From: a virus
Virus record (IMG/VR): IMGVR_UViG_3300020183_000001
Coordinates: 18,634-82,633 of that record
Direction: 5' to 3' (one strand)
DNA: 64,000 nt
The notes beneath the pieces are model-generated. The model was given only the letters and a program-made list of their open reading frames with translations. It was not told the DNA's origin and did not search any database. Made by a program: the position numbers and the translations under genes. Each line of letters opens with the position of its first letter. Position 1 is the first letter of the stretch. This document shows, one piece after another, positions 25,757 to 35,161 of the stretch.

Positions 25757-26638
25757 ATGGGAGGAGGTCCTACCATTAAATATACTCCGCCACCGCCGGA
25801 CGATAGTTTTGCAAAGTATTTGCAATACACAAAAGAAAAAGAATCTTTAGCAGAAGAACGTGCTGCAACAGAACGTGCAGAAGCTAAAGCTGCAGAACAA
25901 GCACGTAAGGCTTCTGGCGCCGCTGCTTACGGTGGGCTTAAACAAACCACTCAACAACAACTTGCTCAAGGTTTAATTGGTTACGAAAGTGCCGCTAACC
26001 AATTACGTGACTATGCAGCTAAATATGATTTAACTCCTCCTGAAGCAGATATTCAAGAGCTGACCCAACAGTACACAGCAGCTTTACCTGGTAAACGTGA
26101 GACCGGTATTAAAGCATCTTATGAAGAACTTCTTGGTCGTCAAGCAACTACTGAAGAACTTGCCAAAGCTCAAGAGCGTTTTGGACAGGGTTATTATGGT
26201 TCGATGGAAGACTTTAAGTCTTCTCTTACCAAAAGTTCTGAGTATCAAGATAAATTCAATCAAAGCTATCTTGATAATTATTACGACACCATGTACGGTA
26301 AGCAAACGCTTACCGCAGAGGGAAAGAAAACAGGTCAACGCACCTTCAAATTTGATTCCTCTCTTCTTCCCCAGTATGGCGGAGATCTTCAGGCGCGTAC
26401 CAAGGTCACGACACCTGACTTTGGGAAAGAGTTTGTAGGCACTCCGGCAGAGCTGGAAGCGCAACAACAAAACATTCGTGATACTAGACAGTATCTGTAC
26501 AGTGCAGGTCTTACCAACCTCCAAGGTGAGATTGATAAAGAGACACAGAAGCTTAAGAATGAAGGTACAGAAAAAGTTGCAAAGATTGCTTCTGCCGGTA
26601 GCCTGTATTCAAATCTTGTTTCTGGGTTCTGGTCTTAA
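25757..26638 (+). CDS. putative internal virion protein
   Basis: AAGGAG RBS; MGGG..PPPP start, helical. Confidence 0.65.
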   Translation: MGGGPTIKYTPPPPDDSFAKYLQYTKEKESLAEERAATERAEAKAAEQARKASGAAAYGGLKQTTQQQLAQGLIGYESAANQLRDYAAKYDLTPPEADIQELTQQYTAALPGKRETGIKASYEELLGRQATTEELAKAQERFGQGYYGSMEDFKSSLTKSSEYQDKFNQSYLDNYYDTMYGKQTLTAEGKKTGQRTFKFDSSLLPQYGGDLQARTKVTTPDFGKEFVGTPAELEAQQQNIRDTRQYLYSAGLTNLQGEIDKETQKLKNEGTEKVAKIASAGSLYSNLVSGFWS

Positions 26639-26681
26639 ATTCATATTGTTATAATTAATCAAGAGTCAATACTTATACAAG

Positions 26682-26861
26682 ATGACCAGCTCTGTTCCTG
26701 CAGGACAAGGTACTGCCGACGATTACTTTGATATCAATAAGTTCGAGCAACTGCTTGCTCGTCTTGAAGCTTCCAAAGGTCGTCAACAACGTCAGAAATC
26801 TCTTGAAGGCCGTCGCGATATCTTTTCGCAAGGTCTTGCCAGCATGATGTCTAACTTCTGA
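26682..26861 (+). CDS. small protein, paralogue A (59 aa)
   Basis: MTSSVPAGQGTADDYFDINKFEQLLARLE...; TATAAT upstream. Confidence 0.8.
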   Translation: MTSSVPAGQGTADDYFDINKFEQLLARLEASKGRQQRQKSLEGRRDIFSQGLASMMSNF

Positions 26862-27013
26862 TGCAAGAAGAAATTCAAGAAGGTCAAATGCCTGAACAAG
26901 GATTTGATCTTGACAGTTACCGAAACCTTCTTGAGCGTTTGCAAGCAAACAAACGTGATCAACAACGGTTGGCTAAAAAACTTCCTGATTCTTCGCAACA
27001 ACAAACTGTATAA
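26861..27013 (+). CDS. small protein, paralogue B (50 aa)
   Basis: TGATG overlap; GFDLDSYRNLLERLQANK. Confidence 0.75.
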   Translation: MQEEIQEGQMPEQGFDLDSYRNLLERLQANKRDQQRLAKKLPDSSQQQTV

Positions 27014-27022
27014 TTCGTTATC

Positions 27023-27271
27023 ATGACTAGCAGTGTTCCCGCTGGACAAACTGATGTTGATGATTGGTTTGATCTAGATAAATATCGTCAGGCGGCTGGC
27101 GTTGCCTACGAATTTTCCAAAAAGAAAATGGAGACTGCTGGTGAACAAGAGCGAGAAACTATCGGTAAGGGTGCAGAAGAGCAGAGAACTTCCTCTGAGC
27201 AATCCCAGCGATTTAAACAAGAAGACGAAGCCCGAGACTACGGTCAGTCTCAACGAGCATATCGATATTAA
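27023..27271 (+). CDS. small protein, paralogue C (82 aa)
   Basis: MTSSVPAGQTDVDDWFDLDKYRQ... Confidence 0.8.
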   Translation: MTSSVPAGQTDVDDWFDLDKYRQAAGVAYEFSKKKMETAGEQERETIGKGAEEQRTSSEQSQRFKQEDEARDYGQSQRAYRY

Positions 27272-27758
27272 AGTTTTTGACCACTGGTTAGACAACTTAG
27301 ATTCTCCCACCAGGGAAAGTTTTGTTGCGTTTGCTGAAAGTAATAATTCAGTAATTGAAATTTATCTTTATTCTCGGTTCCTTGGTTACAACGGTTCAAT
27401 TACTTGTTGTAATCTTTGGATTAACGAACACTACTCAAAGCCTGATCACAGGAGTGTACTTCTTGCTGAGATCATGGAGATGCAAGAAGACATCCGTAAA
27501 CTCAGGGAAGATATTGAAAACTTTGCTGTTAAACGTGATTCAGGAGTTGCACGTATTGCTGGTATGCAAAAAGAATTGCGCGGTACTATTGCACAGGTAG
27601 AAAACTATACAGCTAATAAAGATCGTAAAGGTTTGTTGATGGCTGGTGCTGACCAGGCCATTCGTGAGTTATTGATGATTTTTAAAGACGATCCAATTGA
27701 AGGTCCCCTGCAAGAAGCATCAATGTCAGTGTGGGCTAAAATGCAATTAAGTGAATAG
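27102..27758 (+). CDS. helical protein, candidate terminase small subunit (start uncertain)
   Basis: Just upstream of TerL; coiled-coil; only TTG/GTG starts, inside the upstream gene. Confidence 0.5.
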   Translation: MPTNFPKRKWRLLVNKSEKLSVRVQKSRELPLSNPSDLNKKTKPETTVSLNEHIDIKVFDHWLDNLDSPTRESFVAFAESNNSVIEIYLYSRFLGYNGSITCCNLWINEHYSKPDHRSVLLAEIMEMQEDIRKLREDIENFAVKRDSGVARIAGMQKELRGTIAQVENYTANKDRKGLLMAGADQAIRELLMIFKDDPIEGPLQEASMSVWAKMQLSE

Positions 27759-27763
27759 TAGTA

Positions 27764-27922
27764 ATGCAACAACTACCAAACTATCAACATCCCCTTCCTG
27801 AGTCGCAACTGCGGACTGGTATTGTCTTTGGACCAGGGAGAACTACTCGTCTACCTGAGAAAGGTACACGCGAGTATCAAGAGCTTATTAATCGTATCCG
27901 TGGTACTGCAGCACAGAACTAA
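27764..27922 (+). CDS. small hypothetical protein (52 aa)
   Basis: MQQLPNYQHP...; TAATG coupling to the next ORF. Confidence 0.6.
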   Translation: MQQLPNYQHPLPESQLRTGIVFGPGRTTRLPEKGTREYQELINRIRGTAAQN

Positions 27923-28077
27923 TGAGTAAGATGCCACCAGAGCTTCTTGAGCACTTTAAGAAGAAAGAAGCCAAGAAAGAAGACGGTACTGAGATGAACG
28001 ATAAGGAAAAACGTAAAGCGGCTCTTGATAAAGCACGTAAGTATCAAGAACAAAAACGCAGTAAAAAAGAAGAATAG
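27922..28077 (+). CDS. small Lys/Glu-rich protein (51 aa)
   Basis: MSKMPPELLEHFKKKE... Confidence 0.65.
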   Translation: MSKMPPELLEHFKKKEAKKEDGTEMNDKEKRKAALDKARKYQEQKRSKKEE

Positions 28078-28108
28078 GTTAGTATCAGATTACTAACTGG
28101 TCTTTTCT

Positions 28109-29635
28109 GTGCCTGCGTATCTTCATCAAGCTTATCGACGTAACGCCCAGGCTGCTGCTAAGAATCACAGGGTACGTAAAAAAAATAATGAAGATCTTCT
28201 GGAGCTGGCACGAGAAGACTTTGGTTATTTCTGTGAGTATGTAGCAGATAAACCACCTGCCCAACATCACCAAGAGTGGCACCGTCAATTGGTTACCAAC
28301 CAAGACAGCTCTTGTTTACTGAAGATTGCCGGTCCAAATATTGATCTATTAGCACCACGCGGAAGTGCCAAATCGACTGTTGCAGGTTTGTTTGCTGCCT
28401 GGGCTATTGGTATTCATACAGCAGCTAAACGTCCACTGCAGATTCTTTATCTTTCCTACACGGTTGATATTGCTCGTTCCAAGTCAGCAACAATCAAAAG
28501 ACTTATTGAAAGCAAAAGATATCAAGATGTTTTTCCGACAGTAAAACTTTTAAAGAATGTCACCAGTAATGAGTACTGGTCAATTGATCATCGTTTTGCT
28601 GGTATTGATATTGCTGGTGAAGAACAGTTTACACTCTGCGCTGCTGGCCTAAAAGGTTCAGTTACTTCTAAGCGTAGCCAATTGGTAATCATCGATGACG
28701 CAATCAAAAGCTCATCAGATATTGCCAACCCTGATATCAGGAAGATGATGCAGGATAACTGGAATGCTGTGATTGCACCCACCATGTTTGAAGGGGGAAG
28801 GGCAATCTGTCTTGGTACCAGATTCAGACATGATGACATCCATGCAACTACTTTTAATGAACAAAATAATTGGATGCAGATTGTTCTTTCTGCAATCCAA
28901 AACAATGAGATAACTGGAGAAGAAGAATCTTATTGGCCCGAGATGTGGTCATTGGATTACTTAAAGGAAAAGAAACGGCAAGCACCAATTGCTTTTTCTT
29001 TCCAGTACATGAATCAAATTGTCAGGCAAAACGAGTTGTCATTGGCGCCTGAACTATTGGTCAAAGCAGAGATTGCTACTGAGTTTGATTCACTGGCTGT
29101 TGGGGTTGACCTCTCCGCTGGTACAAAAGAAAAAAATGATTACACCGTTTTTGTGCTCGGTGGAAAATTAGGTGATCAGATTCACATTATTGATTACCGG
29201 CGTATGCGAGTGATGGGTAATCTAGAAAAACTAGATGCTCTTAAAGAATTGCTTAATGATTGGTCCATTCTTGGGCGCGACGAGAACGGCAATTACTTCC
29301 CCACGTACAACACTTGTGATGTCTACTCAGAAGCTGTAGCGTACCAAGCATCTCTTGAAGCTGACTTCAAACGAATTTGTTTGAGAAACGAGAATCTTTA
29401 CAACATTAACTGGCATGCCGTTAAAGGTTTTAGGGCAGATAAACTTGCTCGCTTCCGTGGTTGCATGGGTCTTTTTGAAGATCGAAAAGTTATCTTCAAT
29501 CGGTATCGAAACTTTACTTCAATGTTTGAAGAGCTTACTAACTTTGGCGTGAGTAGTCACGACGATTGTGTTGATGCGCTTGTTTGGTTAATCAATGGAT
29601 TAACACGAAAAGGTACTCTTCAGGTTGATTATTAG
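28109..29635 (+). CDS. terL: terminase large subunit
   Basis: Walker A APRGSAKST, Walker B VIIDD, GTR coupling motif, nuclease GVDLS...DYTV...HDDCVDA. Confidence 0.95.
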   Translation: MPAYLHQAYRRNAQAAAKNHRVRKKNNEDLLELAREDFGYFCEYVADKPPAQHHQEWHRQLVTNQDSSCLLKIAGPNIDLLAPRGSAKSTVAGLFAAWAIGIHTAAKRPLQILYLSYTVDIARSKSATIKRLIESKRYQDVFPTVKLLKNVTSNEYWSIDHRFAGIDIAGEEQFTLCAAGLKGSVTSKRSQLVIIDDAIKSSSDIANPDIRKMMQDNWNAVIAPTMFEGGRAICLGTRFRHDDIHATTFNEQNNWMQIVLSAIQNNEITGEEESYWPEMWSLDYLKEKKRQAPIAFSFQYMNQIVRQNELSLAPELLVKAEIATEFDSLAVGVDLSAGTKEKNDYTVFVLGGKLGDQIHIIDYRRMRVMGNLEKLDALKELLNDWSILGRDENGNYFPTYNTCDVYSEAVAYQASLEADFKRICLRNENLYNINWHAVKGFRADKLARFRGCMGLFEDRKVIFNRYRNFTSMFEELTNFGVSSHDDCVDALVWLINGLTRKGTLQVDY

Positions 29636-29664
29636 ATCTTAGAATAAAAGAAAATCTTTTTGCC

Positions 29665-29955
29665 ATGGGACCCGAGTACCTGGCGATCCTCGTTACAACT
29701 TGTGTAGCTGGAATCTCAGGTGGTACCTGGGCCGCAAATAAGTTACTATCTAGGTCGCATGAAAGAATCAAACAACTTTCTGATCGCGTGACAATTCAAG
29801 AAAAAAAACTTGAGCATCTTGACGAAAGTTTTAATCGGATGCCACTGGAGTACGTGTTAAAAGTTGATTTTCTTCGCGAAATTCAGCACATGCACGACAC
29901 CTTTAAGGAAATTAATAGTAAGCTGGACAGAATGATGGATCGCCTTCTCAAATGA
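29665..29955 (+). CDS. membrane-anchored coiled-coil protein (XhlA/holin-like)
   Basis: N-terminal TM, then LEYVLK.DF...KLDR. Confidence 0.6.
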   Translation: MGPEYLAILVTTCVAGISGGTWAANKLLSRSHERIKQLSDRVTIQEKKLEHLDESFNRMPLEYVLKVDFLREIQHMHDTFKEINSKLDRMMDRLLK

Positions 29956-30137
29956 CCAGCTACATCGTCGAAGTACAAGAGGATCAAGACGGAGAACTTT
30001 TTATTGAGTTTCCCGAAGAAATCATCGAAGAACTCGGTTGGCAAGAAGGAGATATTCTTTCGTGGGATCTGAAAGGCGAAGGTATTGTCCTTTCTAAACT
30101 TAATGATGAGTCTGGTTACGAAGTTATAGAAGAGTAA
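29952..30137 (+). CDS. AbrB/MazE-type DNA-binding protein
   Basis: LFIEFPEEIIEELGWQEGDILSW motif. Confidence 0.8.
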   Translation: MTSYIVEVQEDQDGELFIEFPEEIIEELGWQEGDILSWDLKGEGIVLSKLNDESGYEVIEE

Positions 30138-30163
30138 GATAGAAACAAGATAATAACAGGGAC

Positions 30164-30514
30164 ATGGCTGGTTTTTACGGCGGATACATGGGTAACGCTG
30201 GTATAGAGCAATTAATGGCTGGTAATCCCAGTTTTGATATTAACCGTACCCCTGGCGCTTTAGGTGGAAGAAGTGGGGAACAACTAAAAAGACTGTATGA
30301 AGGTGGTACGCAACAAAATCAACAACTAAATGATGAGTTGAGGCAACGGGGAATTATGCCAGGGGGAGCTAAACTTTTTCCGCTTTCTTTACAAAACAAT
30401 ATGCAAGGTGCCGCCATGGGTAATATGGCTGGTCTTACTAACGCTCAGTTTTATGGCGGTCCACAAATGGGACAACAAGTCCCCCCTGGATTTCAAAATA
30501 AAATGGTCTACTAA
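30164..30514 (+). CDS. Gly/Met/Gln-rich hypothetical protein
   Basis: 116 aa, low complexity. Confidence 0.6.
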   Translation: MAGFYGGYMGNAGIEQLMAGNPSFDINRTPGALGGRSGEQLKRLYEGGTQQNQQLNDELRQRGIMPGGAKLFPLSLQNNMQGAAMGNMAGLTNAQFYGGPQMGQQVPPGFQNKMVY

Positions 30515-30561
30515 TACTTTGTAAAACTGTTAAACTAATTCCAGTGGGTTGAAAATAGTTA

Positions 30562-32916
30562 ATGTCTGCAGACGCTAAATCCAGGCTCAAAGAAATTGTT
30601 GATTCCTATCTTGAAAAAGATGGTGGGGTTGGCGTTGATACTGGTGTCGTAGCAGCACACTTGGCACAAATGAAACTCTTTGGTATCCGCCAGGGGGTAG
30701 AATTTTTCCCAGCTCAAGACAACTTTGGTAATCAACGCAAAGATTTTATTGATCGCGTAGTTAAATACAATCAGATTGACACAAGGCTTGATTCCATTTG
30801 GGATTACTTTTTGTGTGATGGCCAGGGGTTGTTTTACATCCGGCCTACTATCAGCAATTACCGTCTTTATTTTTTCAGGAAGCACGAGTATCGTACCTAC
30901 TACAACGTAGATGGAGAGCTTGATGAAGTTGTCATTATCTACAGTTATAAAGTTAAAAATGGTTTTGGCGTTAATCAAGATATTCAGCAAACTTCAATCA
31001 CGGGGATGGATGGCCTTGGTTCCCCAGGCCAAAAGAAGTATATAAAATTATCAATCAAACGTAAGACTATTGAAGAGACTCATTCAGATGGTGAACTCTC
31101 TTTTGACCAACCTGTGTCTGTGGTACCAGGCAAAACACAAACTTATCGCAACACTCTTGGATTTATTCCTTGTGTAGAGATCTTCAACAACCCCAAAGGT
31201 TTCTCTACTGAAGGTGTTGGTGAGTTTGATTCACTTGCAAATCATATTGTTACGCATGACGAGATGATTCGTACGATGCGGAAGAACGTTCAATTCTTTG
31301 GTAATCCAACTCTTCTTTCGTCTCGTCCCAAGACTGATCTGATTGAGTCAGGTGGAGAAGGCGTGGTACAGCGCCCATCAATCGCTGCCAACTCTGGGTT
31401 TGCAAGCCCGTCTTCTCTTAGTCGTTCCATGTTTAAGGCTGATCCAATCAGCCGTGGAATGGATGGTCAAATTCGTGTTCCAAGGATTATTGCCAACCTG
31501 GAACCAAACGATCGTGTTGGTTACATTGTCCCAGATGCTATTACTGGAGATCAAAACGCGTTTGCTCGCCAATATCGAGAAGAGATTCGTACGGCACTTG
31601 GCGGTGTTGACGAGTTGTCAATTTCTGCAGGTGTGACTGCAACTGAGTACAAGTCACTGTTTGGTCGTGTCTCTGCCACATCCAAGAAAAAAGCAAATTC
31701 TATTTACACATATGGCATCTGCCGTTGCCTGGAACTCATTATTTTCCAAGAAGAACGTTTGTTCCGCGAAACGCTTGCTGCTGCTGCAGGATTAGAGAAG
31801 CCTGTGGAGCCTGACGAAGGTGCAGATGAAAGTATTGTGCAGATGTATAAAGATGCCTTAGTTGGGTTTGAAGATCGCATCAAGCAATTGATGATGGCTT
31901 GTGTGCGCACACAACAAATTCCTCCTGGTGTCCTTGGTTTAATTCCAGATGGCGATCTAACTATTCAGTGGCGCTGGCTCGGACCAGTGTACGAAGATTC
32001 AACGCAAGACATTCTTAACAACTCGATTGTTGTTAGAAACTTACAAGAATTAGGTGTTGATAGCATTGAAGCACTGAAATACCTCTTCCCGTCAAAAACG
32101 GATGAGGAACGGGCCGAGATGTTATCTGGGTTCCCGTTCAGGATGGTGGGTGAACTACAGAATGCATATTCTTCGTTCGCACGCCTGGTGGGGGGCATGA
32201 TGCAGACTCCTCATCCGCAATCACCGGACTTACCGATGGCTGCAGATCCAAGACTGGATTTAACCCCATATCTGTATCGAACTCTTGAAGCATTACAAAA
32301 GGAGATGAGTTATGCAGGACGCTACCGTCCAGTCGATCCCACAGACGAGCCAAGTACCGGCGGCAGTGGCACCAAGCAGCTACGTGGCACCGGCTCCGTC
32401 CAGCCAACCGGTCAATTACCAGGTGGCACCTCAGGCGTATCAGGTGGGTACCAGTTACCCCCAAGCGGTACCTCAGGCAGCCCCCAGCTACCAATCAGCC
32501 CCTATTCAGTACGCCCCCCAATCCCAACCGGAAGCGCCCCAGGGCAATCCATGGGAATCGGCGTTCAACAAGGTGGTGAACCTGCTGAGCGCACCAGTCC
32601 AATCCCCGTTCCAGGGTCAACCCTCAGCGCCGAGTCCGCAGTACGCCCCGGCGAACTTCGGTCAAGTCAGCAGCCCAGCTACGCAACAATCGGCTCCGCA
32701 GACCTGGTCGCCCAGCCCGGCATACTCGCCCAACTATTCCCAAACCTCCTCGACAGTCTCTTTAGAGCAGGTGGCCGACCTGGTGGGAATGAGCCAGGAA
32801 AGCCGTCAGGTGATGGACGCGTTCGGAATCGAAACACCGGCAATTCTGAACAACTACGCCCTGAATCTGGAAGGAATGCTGGACAGCGCCGTCGCGTGGG
32901 GAAACCGCGCCGCTGA
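30562..32916 (+). CDS. portal protein with ~200-aa C-terminal extension overlapping the scaffold gene
   Basis: Between TerL and scaffold/MCP; NTLGFIPCVEIFN...G.GEF motif as in SPP1-type portals. Confidence 0.85.
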   Translation: MSADAKSRLKEIVDSYLEKDGGVGVDTGVVAAHLAQMKLFGIRQGVEFFPAQDNFGNQRKDFIDRVVKYNQIDTRLDSIWDYFLCDGQGLFYIRPTISNYRLYFFRKHEYRTYYNVDGELDEVVIIYSYKVKNGFGVNQDIQQTSITGMDGLGSPGQKKYIKLSIKRKTIEETHSDGELSFDQPVSVVPGKTQTYRNTLGFIPCVEIFNNPKGFSTEGVGEFDSLANHIVTHDEMIRTMRKNVQFFGNPTLLSSRPKTDLIESGGEGVVQRPSIAANSGFASPSSLSRSMFKADPISRGMDGQIRVPRIIANLEPNDRVGYIVPDAITGDQNAFARQYREEIRTALGGVDELSISAGVTATEYKSLFGRVSATSKKKANSIYTYGICRCLELIIFQEERLFRETLAAAAGLEKPVEPDEGADESIVQMYKDALVGFEDRIKQLMMACVRTQQIPPGVLGLIPDGDLTIQWRWLGPVYEDSTQDILNNSIVVRNLQELGVDSIEALKYLFPSKTDEERAEMLSGFPFRMVGELQNAYSSFARLVGGMMQTPHPQSPDLPMAADPRLDLTPYLYRTLEALQKEMSYAGRYRPVDPTDEPSTGGSGTKQLRGTGSVQPTGQLPGGTSGVSGGYQLPPSGTSGSPQLPISPYSVRPPIPTGSAPGQSMGIGVQQGGEPAERTSPIPVPGSTLSAESAVRPGELRSSQQPSYATIGSADLVAQPGILAQLFPNLLDSLFRAGGRPGGNEPGKPSGDGRVRNRNTGNSEQLRPESGRNAGQRRRVGKPRR

Positions 32917-33277
32917 TACCATCAAGGGTTACGCTGAGTTTGCCGTTAATGAGCACCAGGAAAACCTGGCTTACAACGAGATCCTGACCAATCCCGATGT
33001 CCTGAGCGATTACACGCTGAAGTTCTTCGGTCCTGAAGGTCCGTATCCTGTGTATGAAAATGAACAACAGCTTGAGACTCCTGGGTATCGCACTGAGCCT
33101 GTGAATCCTCAGTATGGTCAGTTCCCCGCTCCTCCTGCTGCAGCCGCTCCTCAGCAACCTGAGAACTTCTGGGGTTCGTTTAATGAGATGATGGCTCGTG
33201 ACCCACAGAATGCCTGGCGCGTCATTAACCAAGCTCAACCTCAAGTCCTGGCAAACAAACTGTTTGTGATGGAGTGA
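32312..33277 (+). CDS. putative capsid scaffolding protein
   Basis: AAGGAG 7 nt upstream; P/Q/A-rich N-terminus, helical C-terminus; upstream of the MCP. Confidence 0.75.
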   Translation: MQDATVQSIPQTSQVPAAVAPSSYVAPAPSSQPVNYQVAPQAYQVGTSYPQAVPQAAPSYQSAPIQYAPQSQPEAPQGNPWESAFNKVVNLLSAPVQSPFQGQPSAPSPQYAPANFGQVSSPATQQSAPQTWSPSPAYSPNYSQTSSTVSLEQVADLVGMSQESRQVMDAFGIETPAILNNYALNLEGMLDSAVAWGNRAADTIKGYAEFAVNEHQENLAYNEILTNPDVLSDYTLKFFGPEGPYPVYENEQQLETPGYRTEPVNPQYGQFPAPPAAAAPQQPENFWGSFNEMMARDPQNAWRVINQAQPQVLANKLFVME

Positions 33278-33281
33278 GGCC

Positions 33282-33866
33282 ATGCGTCCACTTCTTAAAC
33301 TGGGTATTCCTGCTGCCGCTGGTTTAGCTACCGGCGGCTATGCCCTCTCCCAAGGTGAAGATCCAGGTTCTGCTGCACTTGCCGGTATTGCTGGAGGCCT
33401 GGGTGGGGCAGCAGGTTTGCTTGGTGCTCGCGGTCTTGCAGGTAAGTACAACCCGGCTTTAATTTCAGCAGCTCAAAAGCAAGTATCCAATCTTGGTAAC
33501 AAGGTGGGTGATGTTGCACGTAATCTTCCTGAAAAGGGATTACGCCGCGGAACCGCTAACATTGCGGCGGATGTTGTATCCGCAGTAGATACACGGTTGT
33601 TTGGTAGCCCTTATGCTGGAATCTCTGCAGCACTACCTTTCCCCACGCAGAATGTTCAAAGAAACATTGGGCGTGGCTTAGCTGCTGGCCTTGTTCCTGC
33701 TTCCGCAGTCGCTGCTGGCCTTGGTGGTGTAGCCCTTGGTGCCATCCCCGGCTCAATGGGAGTTCCAGGTTTCCAGCAAAATGTAATTGCTGATCCCGAA
33801 CTTGCTGCTTCTAGTAATACTCCGATGGCCCGGAGTTATACTCCTACGCTTAAATATCTTGGTTGA
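33282..33866 (+). CDS. Gly/Ala-rich hydrophobic virion-region protein
   Basis: 194 aa with several glycine zippers. Confidence 0.65.
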   Translation: MRPLLKLGIPAAAGLATGGYALSQGEDPGSAALAGIAGGLGGAAGLLGARGLAGKYNPALISAAQKQVSNLGNKVGDVARNLPEKGLRRGTANIAADVVSAVDTRLFGSPYAGISAALPFPTQNVQRNIGRGLAAGLVPASAVAAGLGGVALGAIPGSMGVPGFQQNVIADPELAASSNTPMARSYTPTLKYLG

Positions 33867-33964
33867 TAAATTATCAACTGTTAAAATTTGTTTTAGATGA
33901 GACAATATCTATTGTCTGAATCTTTCACCAAATAATCGTCCTGTGTACTGGAGGATAAACTAAA

Positions 33965-35128
33965 GTGTTCCTTGATACCGACTTCCCTAAGATTCTGGGT
34001 GCTGAGCTGTATCGCCCTCACCCCGCTTATATCTGTGAGATGGCGGTAGAGCCTGTGGTTGTCCACGACTTTACCCGTCAACCTGGTCAAACTGTTCAAC
34101 TTGATCGCTACAAGTTCTGGGGTAACCCTGGCACTAAGGACAGCCGTGCTCGTGTGGCTGACCAAACCATTGGTACCGCCAATAGCCGTAACATCACCAA
34201 GGAGAAAGTCCTGGTGGTGCTTAACGAATACACTGGCCCTGCTGATCCTGGCGATCCGACCCAGCCTTCGACCTTTAAGATTGCTCGCGAAACTCTGATT
34301 ACCGCTCAGCGCCTTCTGCTGGACACTGGTAATCTCAACATGTTCCACCAGTCAATCGGTAGCCTGACGCTGCTTGACGACTATCGCCGTTGGCGTGACC
34401 GCGTCTTCATTGACGAACTGTCCAAAGCAGAAGCTAATGGCGCTGCTTCCAGCACTCAAGGCGGTTACTTCTTCCCTGGTGGTAAGACCAAGAATTCTTC
34501 TGGTCAAATCACCTACACTGCCGCTGAATATACTGCTGATCAACAACAGTTTTCGGTTCGTACCGACTTGCTGAACGTTGTTAAGGATCTGCGCAAGCGT
34601 AACGTTCCGACCTTTGCTGATGGTCTGTATCGTTGTATTTGCGATCCTGTGTTCATGATGCATCTGCGTCGTGACCCCGACTTCCGTGAGATCGCCCGTT
34701 ACAGCGGCAACCCTGGTCAAGGCATGTACATGGGCAATCCCATGATGCCTAACAACGCCAGCTTCTACATGGGTCCCCAGGCTGGTCAAGGTTACTTCCT
34801 GGCTGGTGAACCCGTCATGCCGACTGGTGTTCAGTTTGAAGGTGTTAAGTTCTTCGAATCGACCAACTTCCCCAACAAGACCATTGCTGCTTCGTTTACT
34901 GGTGGTGCTCCTTACGCCAACCAAGACGTTGCTCAAGGTTTCTTCTTCGGTCCTCAGGCCGTTGGTGTTGGTATCGGTGGTCCGAACGCTCAAGTGCTCA
35001 TCAATAACAACGATGACTTTAGCCGTTTCATCATCTTGATCTGGCAACTGTACGCTGGTTTTGAAGTTCTGAACAACGACTTCATCACCACTGCCTACAG
35101 CTTCGTCTCTGATGACGGTACCGTCTGA
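33965..35128 (+). CDS. major capsid protein
   Basis: GGAGG RBS + GTG; 387 aa; strongest codon bias; HK97-like pattern (PGQTVQL, G.QFEGVKFFEST, FFGPQAVG, DDFSRF..W..YAG). Confidence 0.9.
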   Translation: MFLDTDFPKILGAELYRPHPAYICEMAVEPVVVHDFTRQPGQTVQLDRYKFWGNPGTKDSRARVADQTIGTANSRNITKEKVLVVLNEYTGPADPGDPTQPSTFKIARETLITAQRLLLDTGNLNMFHQSIGSLTLLDDYRRWRDRVFIDELSKAEANGAASSTQGGYFFPGGKTKNSSGQITYTAAEYTADQQQFSVRTDLLNVVKDLRKRNVPTFADGLYRCICDPVFMMHLRRDPDFREIARYSGNPGQGMYMGNPMMPNNASFYMGPQAGQGYFLAGEPVMPTGVQFEGVKFFESTNFPNKTIAASFTGGAPYANQDVAQGFFFGPQAVGVGIGGPNAQVLINNNDDFSRFIILIWQLYAGFEVLNNDFITTAYSFVSDDGTV

Positions 35129-35161
35129 TCTATAACATAAACATACATAAAGGAGAAATAA

